Origin: Patescibacteria group bacterium
GTDB taxonomy: Bacteria; Patescibacteriota; Microgenomatia; PFEM01; JAHIFH01
NCBI GenBank assembly: GCA_035529375.1
Contig: DATKWU010000009.1
Location: forward strand, 157,848 to 221,847
DNA: 64,000 nucleotides
Reading direction: 5' to 3'
Shown: in pieces, positions 1 through 9,433 of the stretch
Layout of the letters: each line of letters begins with the position of its first letter
Position numbering within the stretch: the stretch's first letter is position 1
Translations under genes and position numbers: made by a program
Notes under the pieces: generated by a model
The model's database searches: none
What the model was told of the DNA's origin: nothing
What the model saw: only the letters and a program-made list of their open reading frames with translations

Positions 1-43
1 GAATATTTTTTGTCCCCTAAAAAATTATACTATTCTATTATTT

Positions 44-463
44 TTAATTTTTCTGAAGCTTAGCTAATTCTTTTCTCAGTCTGGTCATTTCCTTGGCTAA
101 ATCTTTTTGAACTCGTTTAATCTCCGTTAATTGTCTATCGGCTTTCTCATCAAGTTTAATGTCGTGTTCTATTCTCTTTCTGTCTCGTTTTCTTTGTCTA
201 GCTTCTTGCAAATCTCTTTTTACTTCTGCTTTATTAGCGGACATTAAAAGAAAGATGCCAATGAAAATTGCTTCCAAAGAAACACTGAAAGTTAATAGAT
301 TAATATCAAAATTAAGAATCAACCAAAGACTAAACCAAAGAGTATGAAAGATAACTGCCCACCAACTACCCAAAAAACAAGAAACAAGATCAGTAAATTT
401 CTCTATTAAACTTTTAGTTTTCTTGGGAATTTTAGTAGTTTTAATTAAAGGCTCAATTGGCAT
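44..463 (-). CDS. Small membrane protein with two TM helices and a C-terminal charged coiled-coil (DUF1003-like)
   Basis: ORF of 139 aa. Hydrophobic core WWAVIFHTLWFSLWLILNF is followed by a K/E/R-rich helical tail. Family assignment is from memory only. Confidence 0.4.
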   Translation of the reverse strand: MPIEPLIKTTKIPKKTKSLIEKFTDLVSCFLGSWWAVIFHTLWFSLWLILNFDINLLTFSVSLEAIFIGIFLLMSANKAEVKRDLQEARQRKRDRKRIEHDIKLDEKADRQLTEIKRVQKDLAKEMTRLRKELAKLQKN

Positions 464-502
464 TAGTCTACCCTACTATACTAAAGAAAAAAATAAGTGA
501 AT

Positions 503-1039
503 TCAACTTTTCCAACCAAGCTTACTAAAAACAAGTTTGACTTCTTCTTTGGGTGTCATCTTGTCTGTTTCAACAATTAAATGAAAATAGTTTTTATCAA
601 ATTGATCTTTAATTTTGTAAAGCCGTTGGTGTTTTTCTATGGTCGTTTTGTCACGAAAAGTAACTTTTTCTCTGGCTTCTTTAAGAGAAACTTTTTCTCT
701 CTGGGCAAATCTTTTAATCCGAACTTCTAAAGGAGCCACACAAAGAACCCGGAAAACATGAGGCATTTCTCTAGTCAACCAACCAGCTAACCAACCCTCA
801 TAAACAATCTTTTCTTCTTTCTCCATCATTTTTTTGGCTTTTTCATCCACTTCTTTATCAATTTCTTCAGGGACATCTTGGTATCGCTCAATTGGCCAAC
901 TTTTTTTCTGACAGTACTGGCGAAAAATTTCTCCGGCCGTATGAAACCGCCAACCAAGTTTTTTGGCCAATTCCCAAGCCAAAGTAGTTGAACCCGAAGC
1001 AATGATTTTGCCAGTCACGGCAATGTTTTTATATTTCAT
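503..1039 (-). CDS. Cytidylate kinase-like P-loop NMP kinase family protein
   Basis: N-terminal Walker A-like IAVTGKIIASGSTTLAWELAKKLG, typical of the CMP/AMP kinase fold. Length is 178 aa. Confidence 0.5.
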   Translation of the reverse strand: MKYKNIAVTGKIIASGSTTLAWELAKKLGWRFHTAGEIFRQYCQKKSWPIERYQDVPEEIDKEVDEKAKKMMEKEEKIVYEGWLAGWLTREMPHVFRVLCVAPLEVRIKRFAQREKVSLKEAREKVTFRDKTTIEKHQRLYKIKDQFDKNYFHLIVETDKMTPKEEVKLVFSKLGWKS

Positions 1040-1530
1040 TAGCGTTCAATTAATTCACTGGTTGCCTCATTCCAACATTCAGGTACCATATCAACTGGGA
1101 AATAATAAGGTTCAATCTCCTCACACATCACCGTACCGTTACCATCAGCGACAATAATCCAGTCACTACCATCATTGTAAGCCAGCCACCAACCACCACC
1201 TATTTCACCAGCAAAACTAACGCCGCCTTTAGCATAAGTACCTGTATTATCACTCATCGTGACATTAACATCATTAAGGGGTTTACTATATTCCTCGGCA
1301 AAAGCCTCTTTTATTTGCTCAAGGTCTGATTTAGTCGCTTTGGTTGAAGCTGTTGGTGCTGGTAAGGCGACTGGCTCAAGTGTTGCTTCAGGACTCATCA
1401 ACGGTGTGGGTAACGGACTAGATTCAGCTAAAGATGAGCTAGATTTCATTGACCAATATAAAGCCACGCCACCTATAACAACTACTAAAACTAAAATTAT
1501 TCCTAAAAACAAAAAAATCTTTTTATTCAT
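1039..1530 (-). CDS. Hypothetical membrane-anchored or secreted protein
   Basis: N-terminal TM/signal segment IFLFLGIILVLVVVIGGVALYW, then a Pro/Thr/Ser-rich linker and a globular domain. No recognisable motif. Confidence 0.4.
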   Translation of the reverse strand: MNKKIFLFLGIILVLVVVIGGVALYWSMKSSSSLAESSPLPTPLMSPEATLEPVALPAPTASTKATKSDLEQIKEAFAEEYSKPLNDVNVTMSDNTGTYAKGGVSFAGEIGGGWWLAYNDGSDWIIVADGNGTVMCEEIEPYYFPVDMVPECWNEATSELIER

Positions 1531-1556
1531 CGAGAAAATTCACCTCCTTTTAAAAA

Positions 1557-2300
1557 CTAACTAAAAAAAACAATCAAACCAATGACCAGACAATAAAAAC
1601 CAAAAAACCAAAACTTGGCCTTCATCAAGACTCTTTCCAAAATCTTTAAAGCAAAATAGCCAATAATGCCGGCAATTATCATTCCCAGAACACCTTGTCC
1701 CAAATAGCCACAAGGTGAATAAATCAAATCCGGAATTTGTAAAACCAAAGCGCCTAGAATGGCAGGCACGACTAAATAAAAAGAGAATCGAAAAGCCGTT
1801 TTTCTTTCTGTCTTGCGTCCTAAAGCAGAAACAATTGTTGCCCCTGAACGAGAGATTCCAGGAATAATCGCCAAGGCTTGGAAAATACCAATAAAAAGAG
1901 CATCTCGCCAGTTTAATTTATCAAACTGGCGGTTTAATGATTTAAATCGATAAGTGAGAAAAAGCAAAACACTGGTAAATAATAAAGCCAATCCCACTAA
2001 TCTTAATGAATTGAAAATTTGAGTAATATAATTTTGGAGAAAAAGACCAACGATAGCGGCGGGAATTGTGCCGACAATAATCAAGTAAATGGTTTTCTTA
2101 GAAATCTTTAACCACTCTTTTCTAAAATAAAAAATAATCGCTCCTAGAGTGCCAAGATGAACTAAAATATCAAATAAAACCGGGGGTTCGGGTAGAGCAA
2201 AGAGTTTTTGGAAGATAACCAAATGACCTGAAGAAGAAATCGGTAGGAATTCTGTTAAACCCTGGACAAGACCAAGAATGATTGCCTGAAGGTAACTCAT
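1557..2300 (-). CDS. uppP: Undecaprenyl-diphosphatase
   Basis: N-terminus MSYLQAIILGLVQGLTEFLPISSSGHL and the later GISRSG motif are hallmark UppP/BacA motifs. It is a multi-TM protein of 247 aa. Confidence 0.85.
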   Translation of the reverse strand: MSYLQAIILGLVQGLTEFLPISSSGHLVIFQKLFALPEPPVLFDILVHLGTLGAIIFYFRKEWLKISKKTIYLIIVGTIPAAIVGLFLQNYITQIFNSLRLVGLALLFTSVLLFLTYRFKSLNRQFDKLNWRDALFIGIFQALAIIPGISRSGATIVSALGRKTERKTAFRFSFYLVVPAILGALVLQIPDLIYSPCGYLGQGVLGMIIAGIIGYFALKILERVLMKAKFWFFGFYCLVIGLIVFFS

Positions 2301-2328
2301 TAGCCCAATTCTATTAAATTTCTCTCTT

Positions 2329-2355
2329 TAAAACAAGAAAGCCACCTGACGGTGG
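2329..2355 (-). terminator. Rho-independent terminator after the RNase P RNA
   Basis: The minus strand reads CCACC-GUCA-GGUGG followed by CUUUCUUGUUUU, immediately 3' of the rnpB P1 helix. Confidence 0.5.
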
Positions 2356-2359
2356 TTTC

Positions 2360-2670
2360 CTTGTTGTTCCTAAAAAACCCGTAAGCCGGATTCTGTTTTA
2401 GCAGCCATCTGTCTAGGCCCTCGAACTTTGGTGCTTGGGAAGACGCCTAATAACGCACCCTTCGGAGGTTGCAGCGGGGAGGGTTACCTCTTTTCACCCT
2501 CTATCTCAAACCAATTAGGTTTAAGATGAGTTGTTGTCTCTGTGGCCCTATCTAGCTCCATACGACCAGGCGCATGGAGTGACGCCTTTCGGCGCCCACC
2601 CTGTCTTCGGCTGTCCGGACTTTCCTCCCGCCTTAAGCGGGTAGCTGCCAGTTTTTTAGGAACGGGGTTA
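2360..2670 (-). ncRNA. rnpB: RNase P RNA (bacterial-type ribozyme)
   Basis: GC-rich gap of about 400 bp with no ORF. The minus strand contains the universal GGAAAGUCCGG (P4) motif, AGGGUGAAA...GGUAACC, and a 3' ACAGAAUCCGGCUUACGG that nearly matches E. coli ACAGAACCCGGCUUAUCGG. The 5' CCGUUCCUAAAAAAC pairs with the 3' GUUUUUUAGGAAC to form P1. An extended -10 (TGcTAAAAT) lies just upstream. Confidence 0.8.
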
Positions 2671-2707
2671 TTTTAGCATAAAAAAGCGAAAAAATCCAGT
2701 TTTTGAG

Positions 2708-3718
2708 CTAAAACCGGTTAAATTTTTCGGAAGAAAAAAATTCTGAAGTAATTACTTGAATTAACAAAACACAAGGGACCGCTAAAACTGCCCCTAAAAT
2801 ACCGCCAAGTTTAAAGCCAATTGTTAAAGAAATGATTATTATTAAAGGATTAACGCCAGCTTCTTTGCCAACGATTTGAGGATAAATAAAGGTACTTTCA
2901 ATCTGTTGAATTAAAAAATAGAGAGCGGCAACTGCTAAAGCCATTAATGGCGAAACAGTTATGCCGGCTAAGATAGCTGGTATTGAAGCCGCTACTGGCC
3001 CAATATTGGGAACGACCTCAAAAAGTCCGGCTAAAAGCGCTAAAGGCAAGGCAAATTCAATCCCCAGTAAACGCAGTCCCAAATAGGACATTACTCCAAT
3101 AATTATCATGGAAACCATTTGGGCTCTTATCCAACCACCAATTTTCTCTTCCATGGCATCAATAAATTTCTCTGCCCTTCTCTCGCCATCACCACCAAAA
3201 AGAATATGGAGATAACGATTAAGATTTTTTCTTTCTAAAAGAAGGTAGAAAGTAATCACTAGGAGGGCGACAATCGCCACAACATTAGTTAAAATTCCCA
3301 CACTTATTTTAACAAGATTAGCTGGGACTGAACCTAGTTGTTGAATCTGACTCTCTATAATTCGCTGATCAATATTAGGAATACGTAGATCCTCAATGAA
3401 TTTTGGGGTATTGGCAATTAAAGTTGAAGTTTGATCAACCAAGGGTGGAATCACACCAGCAATTACCAGACCGATAATAAACAAAATTAAAATATAAACT
3501 AAAATAATTCCCAAAATCCGAGGAACTTTCATTTTCTCCAAACGGTCAATCGTGGGATTAATGGCCGTCATTAAAACTAAAGCAACAAATAAACCAATAA
3601 TTATTTGTCTTATTTGCCAAAGTAAACCGAGAAGAATTAAAAAAGCAGCGGTGAAGATAATCGTTCGATGAGAAATTTCAATTTTCTTAGGCATCGTTTT
3701 TAGAGTACCATTTTTCAA
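2708..3718 (-). CDS. AI-2E family transporter (PerM/UPF0118-like permease)
   Basis: 336 aa polytopic membrane protein whose TM pattern and length fit the AI-2E family. Confidence 0.7.
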   Translation of the reverse strand: MKNGTLKTMPKKIEISHRTIIFTAAFLILLGLLWQIRQIIIGLFVALVLMTAINPTIDRLEKMKVPRILGIILVYILILFIIGLVIAGVIPPLVDQTSTLIANTPKFIEDLRIPNIDQRIIESQIQQLGSVPANLVKISVGILTNVVAIVALLVITFYLLLERKNLNRYLHILFGGDGERRAEKFIDAMEEKIGGWIRAQMVSMIIIGVMSYLGLRLLGIEFALPLALLAGLFEVVPNIGPVAASIPAILAGITVSPLMALAVAALYFLIQQIESTFIYPQIVGKEAGVNPLIIIISLTIGFKLGGILGAVLAVPCVLLIQVITSEFFSSEKFNRF

Positions 3719-4598
3719 CTAAATCTTCTACCTTATTTTCCCATCCTTTTTGATTAATGTCAAACCAATTAATTCGTTTATCTTTTTTAAACCAAGTCAT
3801 TTGCCGACGAGCAAAAGCGTGTTCGGCCATCTGCCAACGTTCAATAACGGTTTCTCGATTAACTTTTCCTTCAAAAAAAGGTTTCCATTGAAGATAACCC
3901 ATGGCGTTCATGGCTGGCAAATCCCAAGAATAATCTTGATCAATTAAATCTTTAACTTCTTTTTCGGCTCCCTCTTTGACTCGTTCTCTCACTCGCCTAT
4001 CTATTCGTTTGTAGAGTTTTTTGTAGTCAGTTTTTAAACCAATAAACAAAACTGATGGTTTTTGATGTTTTTTTGGCTGCCAATCAGGGTTTTCCTTTTT
4101 CCAAGCCACAATCTCAATCGCTCGGATTAAGCGCCTAGGATTCTGACGATCAGACTGATTTAAAGAAGCCACTTTAATTGGATCAAGCTCTTCTAAATAT
4201 TGATAAAGTTTTTTAGGAGACCAATCCTTCATGCCTTCACGAATCCGAGGATTAGGAGGAATATCTTTGGTAGCTAAACTATCGATCACAGCTTTAATAT
4301 AAAAACCAGTGCCACCCACTAAGATTGGCAGTTTGTCTTTTTTCCAAATCTTTTTAATTACTTGCCACACTAAACGATAATATTTAGAAACACTAAATTC
4401 CTGGTCGGGTTTGACCACATCAACCAGATGAATTTTAACTGTTTCAGGATGATCTTTACCCGTCCCAATATCCAAACCCTGATAAACCTGACGAGAATCA
4501 GCCGAAATCAACTCACCTTTAAACTTTTTTGACAAACTAACAGCAAGAGCTGTTTTTCCAGTAGCGGTTAACCCGCAAATAATAAGAAGCTTATTCAT
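3687..4598 (-). CDS. miaA: tRNA dimethylallyltransferase
   Basis: N-terminus LLIICGLTATGKTALAVSLSKKF...ISADSRQVYQGLDIGTGK is the classic MiaA P-loop and DSxQVY motif. Confidence 0.85.
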   Translation of the reverse strand: MNKLLIICGLTATGKTALAVSLSKKFKGELISADSRQVYQGLDIGTGKDHPETVKIHLVDVVKPDQEFSVSKYYRLVWQVIKKIWKKDKLPILVGGTGFYIKAVIDSLATKDIPPNPRIREGMKDWSPKKLYQYLEELDPIKVASLNQSDRQNPRRLIRAIEIVAWKKENPDWQPKKHQKPSVLFIGLKTDYKKLYKRIDRRVRERVKEGAEKEVKDLIDQDYSWDLPAMNAMGYLQWKPFFEGKVNRETVIERWQMAEHAFARRQMTWFKKDKRINWFDINQKGWENKVEDLVEKWYSKNDA

Positions 4599-4617
4599 TT
4601 ATGTTATATTTTAGCAA

Positions 4618-5302
4618 ATGGAGTCCAGAAAAATTATCAAAAAGCTAAAATCCCTCTCCAATCCCAAGAATGTTGAGGGAATGATTCGTTTTGGGATTAA
4701 TTCTAAAAATATTTATGGTGTTACTATGCCTTTTTTTAAAGAAAATAGCGAAACAGATTGGCAAAGATCATCAAATATCCCAACAGCTTTGGGATTCTGG
4801 AATTTATGAAGCAAGAATTCTGGCTGGGTTAGTTGGAAAACCAAATAAGGTTACAAAAAGACAAATGGAAAAATGGGTTAATGATTTTGATTCTTGGGGT
4901 GTTTGTGATTCAATTTGCAGTAATCTTTTTGATAAAACTCAATTTGCCTATTCAAAAGCCTTTGAATGGAGCAAAAGAAAAGAAGAATTTATTAAAGGAG
5001 TGGGGTTGGTGATGATAGCTTGTTTGTCAGTTCATGATAAAGAAGCCAATAATAAAAAGTTTGAGCAATTTTTTCCCATTATCAAAAGAGAAGCTGATGA
5101 TCAAAGAAATTTTATTAGAAAAGCGATCAATTGGGCCTTAAGACAGATTGGTAAAAGAAATATTGTTTTGAACAAGAAAGCAATTGTTGTCGCCAAACAA
5201 ATCCAAAAGATGGACTCTAAAAGTGCTAAATGGATTGCTAATGATGCTTTGCGAGAATTAACCAGTGAAGCCGTTCAGAAAAGACTGGTTGCGAAAAAAT
5301 GA
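4618..5302 (+). pseudogene. DNA alkylation repair enzyme (AlkD-like HEAT-repeat glycosylase) disrupted by a +1 frameshift
   Basis: ORF 4618..4809 encodes the family N-terminus (EGMIRFGINSKNIYGVTMPF). ORF 4691..5302, in the +1 frame, continues it (KKIAKQIGKDHQISQQLWDSGIYEARILAGLV...WVNDFDSWGVCDSICSNLF...NFIRKAINWALRQIGKRN). The two frames meet at a T7 homopolymer at 4731..4737, and six T's would restore a single 227-aa ORF. Confidence 0.6.
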
Positions 5303-5338
5303 TAAAATAGTTGTTGAAAATAAAGGAGGTGATAAATA

Positions 5339-5722
5339 ATGACAGGATACGTAGGAAAAATAGAGGAGATTACCGAAAAAAATACTAACTTTAGGCAAGT
5401 CCTTTTTACAGGTAAATACTGCCAGTTGGTGGTAATGAGTCTAAAACCAAAAGAAGAGATCGGGATGGAAGTCCATTCTCAAGTGGACCAATTTTTTCGA
5501 ATTGAAGAAGGGGAAGCAAAGGTAATTATTGATGGGGAAGAATCTCTTATTGGCGATGGCGATGCGATTATTGTTCCCGCCGGCAGTCAACACAATGTTA
5601 TTAACAACTCAGAGACTGAAGCCCTTAAACTTTATACAATCTATTCCCCACCCAATCATCCTGAGGGAACCGTTCATAAAACAAAAGAGGAAGCAGACGC
5701 CGCTGAGCATGAAGGACATTAA
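5339..5722 (+). CDS. Cupin domain protein
   Basis: 127 aa small beta-barrel with the metal-site-like pattern GMEVHSQVDQFFRIEEGEAKVIIDGEE...VPAGSQHNVIN. Confidence 0.55.
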   Translation: MTGYVGKIEEITEKNTNFRQVLFTGKYCQLVVMSLKPKEEIGMEVHSQVDQFFRIEEGEAKVIIDGEESLIGDGDAIIVPAGSQHNVINNSETEALKLYTIYSPPNHPEGTVHKTKEEADAAEHEGH

Positions 5723-5731
5723 GGTAACAAC

Positions 5732-6790
5732 TTAGGATTTTTTGTTAATCAATTTCTCTAAAATTTGCCACCGTTGTTTTTTCTCTTTTGGCAAAACATT
5801 GTCTTTTAATTTAAAAGCTGTCGTACCGGGTCTCGATGAATATTTAGCAATGTAGGCTTTAACAAAACCGACTTTTTGGCAGAGTTTAACCGTATTCTCA
5901 AAAGCTTCTCTAGTTTCTTCAGGAAAACCGACAATAATATCAGTACTTATCTGAATATTAGGAATTTTCTTTTTGATTTTTACAACTAATTTTAAATATT
6001 GAAAGGCCGTGTAGGGTCGATTCATCTTCTTCAAAATCTGATTATCACCAGACTGAACTGGCAAATGAAGTTCCCGACTAATCTTTGGCAAACTCATGGC
6101 TTCAATAATGTCATCAGTTAAATCCCAAGGATTGGAAGTAAGAAAAGAAATTTTCTTAATTCCCTTTATCTCGTGAAGTTGACGAAGTAAATCACTAAAT
6201 TTCCTCTCTGGCTTAAGGCCCTTACCATAACTATTAACGTTTTGGCCTAACAGAATAATTTCCTGGTAGCCTCTTTTAGCCAATGTCTCTACCTCACCAA
6301 TAATTTCTTCAAAAGGCCGACTAATTTCTTTACCTCGAGCATAAGGAACAACACAATAAGAACAAAAATTATCACAACCTTCCATAATCGAAACCAAAGC
6401 ACTAACTTTCTTTTTTCTCTTAGGCTTAACTTTTTCAGAGGTGACTAATTCTTCAATAGTTTTAAATTCGTCAACTTGGGGTAACTTCTTTTTCAATTGA
6501 CGCAAGGTGTAACGTCGTTTCTCACCTAGAGCCGAGCCAAGAATGCAACCAGTTACAATAATTTTTTGATCTTTCTTTTTTTGCTGACTAAGATTATTGA
6601 TTAAACCAAAAACTCTGTTTTCAGCTGATTCTCGAACTGAACAAGTATTAATTACAATAACCTCAGCCTTTTCAATTTTCTTGGCTAACTGATAACCTTT
6701 TTTCTCAAAAACACCAGCCATTCTTTCTGAATCCGCCTCATTCATCTGACAGCCAAAAGTTTGAATGAAATAAGTTTTTAGTTTTAACAT
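5732..6790 (-). CDS. Radical-SAM methylthiotransferase of the MiaB/RimO family, apparently lacking a TRAM domain
   Basis: MTTase N-domain YFIQTFGCQMNEADSE and radical-SAM CxxxCxxC (CDNFCSYCVVPYARG). The likely start is MLKLKTYF at 6790; the ORF track begins at 6814. Confidence 0.7.
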   Translation of the reverse strand: MLKLKTYFIQTFGCQMNEADSERMAGVFEKKGYQLAKKIEKAEVIVINTCSVRESAENRVFGLINNLSQQKKKDQKIIVTGCILGSALGEKRRYTLRQLKKKLPQVDEFKTIEELVTSEKVKPKRKKKVSALVSIMEGCDNFCSYCVVPYARGKEISRPFEEIIGEVETLAKRGYQEIILLGQNVNSYGKGLKPERKFSDLLRQLHEIKGIKKISFLTSNPWDLTDDIIEAMSLPKISRELHLPVQSGDNQILKKMNRPYTAFQYLKLVVKIKKKIPNIQISTDIIVGFPEETREAFENTVKLCQKVGFVKAYIAKYSSRPGTTAFKLKDNVLPKEKKQRWQILEKLINKKS

Positions 6791-6876
6791 AATTCTTAAC
6801 TCTCGAAATCTCAATCATTTAAATACTTATCTGAGGGAAATTTTGGGTGAAAAAGGAAGGATTTTAATGAGTTGAC

Positions 6877-7269
6877 TCATTTTTCTACGCATGGAGCAAT
6901 TTTTGCTTTGGAAATCCTCTCATACCCTTCAGGAGTATATTTACCAATTTCTGCTTTTGTAACAATTCCCTTATCACCAGCTCTCAAGGTTTCTCCTTCT
7001 CTGACGTCGTAAGCACCTGGATCAAACTCAACAACTCTCTCCCAAAAAAGTGTGCCTATTTCACCACCAACAACTAATCCATGTTGAGCGGCTATTTTAT
7101 GCATTTTTCGCCAATTTTCCCTCACTTGCTTCTCATAAGCTTTTCTATTAAATTCGGAAAGATCGGGATTTTTCAAAGCATTTCTAGGTCCAGACCAAAT
7201 AACCTCAGCTTCTCGGAATTCCCCTACTGCCTTCTCTAAAGCTTCCTGGTCTTCTCCGTATTCAGTCAT
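6877..7269 (-). CDS. Hypothetical protein
   Basis: 130 aa acidic soluble ORF in a coding-dense context, with no motif recognised. Confidence 0.35.
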   Translation of the reverse strand: MTEYGEDQEALEKAVGEFREAEVIWSGPRNALKNPDLSEFNRKAYEKQVRENWRKMHKIAAQHGLVVGGEIGTLFWERVVEFDPGAYDVREGETLRAGDKGIVTKAEIGKYTPEGYERISKAKIAPCVEK

Positions 7270-7440
7270 TCTATTACCTCCTCTTTAACTAAAAAATTGA
7301 TTTACTACTTATTATATTAGTTATAATAACTCCTTCTATATTTTTAATCAAGAATGGATAATAATTTTTTCAAAAAATCGAATCGGTTTCTTCATCATTC
7401 ATTTCACTCATCCGACAATCAAAAGTTTTAATAAAATATT

Positions 7441-8034
7441 TCATATAAAACAAAAATACATTATTATTAATCCTATTAAAATATGAGCAATTGTAATAAA
7501 AACAACATTTCTTGTTTTCATGAACCACCAGACTACATAAATACCAAAAAAGAAGGAACCTAAAACAAGCTGTGCTCCCCAAGCAAGGTGAAGTAAAGAA
7601 AATAAAGTTACACTTAAAATAAAAATGAGTTTTTTGTTTTTCAGAACCATTTCTAAGTGATTTATAAGAAATGGCCGATAGATGACTTCTTGAACAGGAG
7701 TATTAATTAAAGCATAAATTAACAAATATAACCAAGTTGGTATTTTTTCTAGGATAGTTAATGGTTCAGGCGGGCAGAAATAGGAAAGTTTAAATCTAAT
7801 AAACAACATCAAAAGTAAAAATGAAAACGGGATCATAGGAAGAAAAAAAAGATAATCTTGCTTAGTCGGCTTAAAGTAACCAAGCTGTTTAAAATTGTAT
7901 TTTGTAAAAGTCTGATAAAAAAGAAAAATTACAAAAATAGTGACAAAAAAATATCTGACCCACATTAAAGGCAAATCTTTTATAAGAAGAAAGGGAAAGA
8001 TTGAAAATAATAAAATAATCAAATATTTCTTCAT
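7441..8034 (-). CDS. CPBP family intramembrane metalloprotease (CAAX protease/Abi-like)
   Basis: Polytopic membrane protein with the ordered motifs QEVIYRPFL (EExxxR-like), FSLLHLAW (FxxxH) and a later TIAHILIG His motif. Confidence 0.55.
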   Translation of the reverse strand: MKKYLIILLFSIFPFLLIKDLPLMWVRYFFVTIFVIFLFYQTFTKYNFKQLGYFKPTKQDYLFFLPMIPFSFLLLMLFIRFKLSYFCPPEPLTILEKIPTWLYLLIYALINTPVQEVIYRPFLINHLEMVLKNKKLIFILSVTLFSLLHLAWGAQLVLGSFFFGIYVVWWFMKTRNVVFITIAHILIGLIIMYFCFI

Positions 8035-8091
8035 TGTGACAATTTTACCATTTTAAGGCTCTTTATTTTACTCTTGTGATAAAATCAAACC

Positions 8092-8487
8092 ATGTATCAA
8101 TTCAAAGTGGCTAAATTAGTTAGAGATAAAATCGCTCAAAGAATGATTGCTAATGAAAATGCTAGTTATCGAGTTTTGAATGATAAGGATTTTATTAGCC
8201 AATTAAAAAAGAAGATTCTTGAAGAAGCCAAAGAACTAATACCTGTCAAAGATAAGGAAAAAATTATTAAGGAAATTGCTGATCTTCAAGAGATTATTGA
8301 TACTTTAATCAAAACTTTAAAATCTTCAAAAAAGGAAATTAAAACAAAACAAAGAGAAGAAAATAAAAAATCAAGTTCTTTTAGAAAAAGGCTTTATATC
8401 GAAAAGATTGAATTAGAAAACAATCACCAATGGCTTGATTATTACCTCTCTCACCCTAAAAAATATCCTAAAATCAAAAACAAGTGA
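8092..8487 (+). CDS. All-alpha MazG-like NTP pyrophosphohydrolase (COG4997-like house-cleaning NTPase)
   Basis: N-terminal KLVRDKIAQRM...YRVL and an acidic helical EEAKELI...EIADLQEIIDTL region resemble the KLVRDKIPE-type MazG family. This is from memory. Confidence 0.45.
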   Translation: MYQFKVAKLVRDKIAQRMIANENASYRVLNDKDFISQLKKKILEEAKELIPVKDKEKIIKEIADLQEIIDTLIKTLKSSKKEIKTKQREENKKSSSFRKRLYIEKIELENNHQWLDYYLSHPKKYPKIKNK

Positions 8488-8537
8488 ATTCTTTTTTTTT
8501 AATTGCCTTTTAAAGCTAATTCTGATATTATAGGGTT

Positions 8538-9431
8538 ATGAGTCTTGAAGCTGTCAGACGACTTGACGAACAAGCGATTGAAGCATCTGAATATCTTAGA
8601 AAAAATAATAATGTGATTGAAGCAGCCGAGGTGGCTGCTTATGCCTTAGGTTTTCCTGAAAATCCTCTTGATTCAGAAGAGATCGCTCAGATTTGTGAAG
8701 ACCCAGAACAGCGAGCCATTCTTGGTTGTTTAATCAGACTTCACGTAGATTCTCTAAAAAGTGTTGCTAATGAAAGAATCTTTCCGCCAGGAATCTTAAA
8801 ACCACTTGCTGAAGCAACTGAGACAATCAATTCTGTTTACAGAGACGAAAATTTTGTGACAGCGATTAGTGATGTTAGTCAAGACCATCGAGGTAGAGAT
8901 CATAATTTTCTCCCGGAAATGCAAAGAGATGTTGCTAAAACCGCCAAAGTCGCTTCCGTCCTTTTTACTGGCGAAGAGGAAGCCTCTTTAATTGAATACG
9001 GAGAAAGACTCTTAGAAGAAACTTACAAGACTCTTCTTGATGGCCATTTAACTAAACCCTTGATTAAAATAGAACTAGAACTAAGTCGACTTAATCGGGG
9101 AGCTGAATTTGACCGAGAGGCTTTACTTGAAGAGTTTAATAAATTAATAGTCACCGACCAAGCAGGTAACCCTCACCGAGCGGCGACAGTGGCTTCGTGG
9201 TTAGTGGTCCTTGGCCAAAGGAATAATGATGAAGAAATTAAAGAAATTGGTTGGCGAGTCTTTCAAGCAATTGTTTCAAAACACCCAGAATGGCAGTTTA
9301 TGATTCCCTATGAAAGAAAAAAACAAGTTTTAGCCCAACAAAGAAAAAGATTAGTCACTATTCTTAAACTATTCACTACTTCGCCTCAAACAAGAAGGGA
9401 ATTAAGAAAAGAGCTAATCGAAGAAAAGTAA
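8538..9431 (+). CDS. Hypothetical protein
   Basis: 297 aa soluble ORF with no recognisable catalytic motif, co-directional with the MazG-like gene. Confidence 0.4.
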   Translation: MSLEAVRRLDEQAIEASEYLRKNNNVIEAAEVAAYALGFPENPLDSEEIAQICEDPEQRAILGCLIRLHVDSLKSVANERIFPPGILKPLAEATETINSVYRDENFVTAISDVSQDHRGRDHNFLPEMQRDVAKTAKVASVLFTGEEEASLIEYGERLLEETYKTLLDGHLTKPLIKIELELSRLNRGAEFDREALLEEFNKLIVTDQAGNPHRAATVASWLVVLGQRNNDEEIKEIGWRVFQAIVSKHPEWQFMIPYERKKQVLAQQRKRLVTILKLFTTSPQTRRELRKELIEEK

Positions 9432-9433
9432 AA

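Noticed and set aside
159-347. 62-aa plus-strand ORF.
   Set aside because: It lies wholly inside, and antisense to, the DUF1003-like membrane protein gene.
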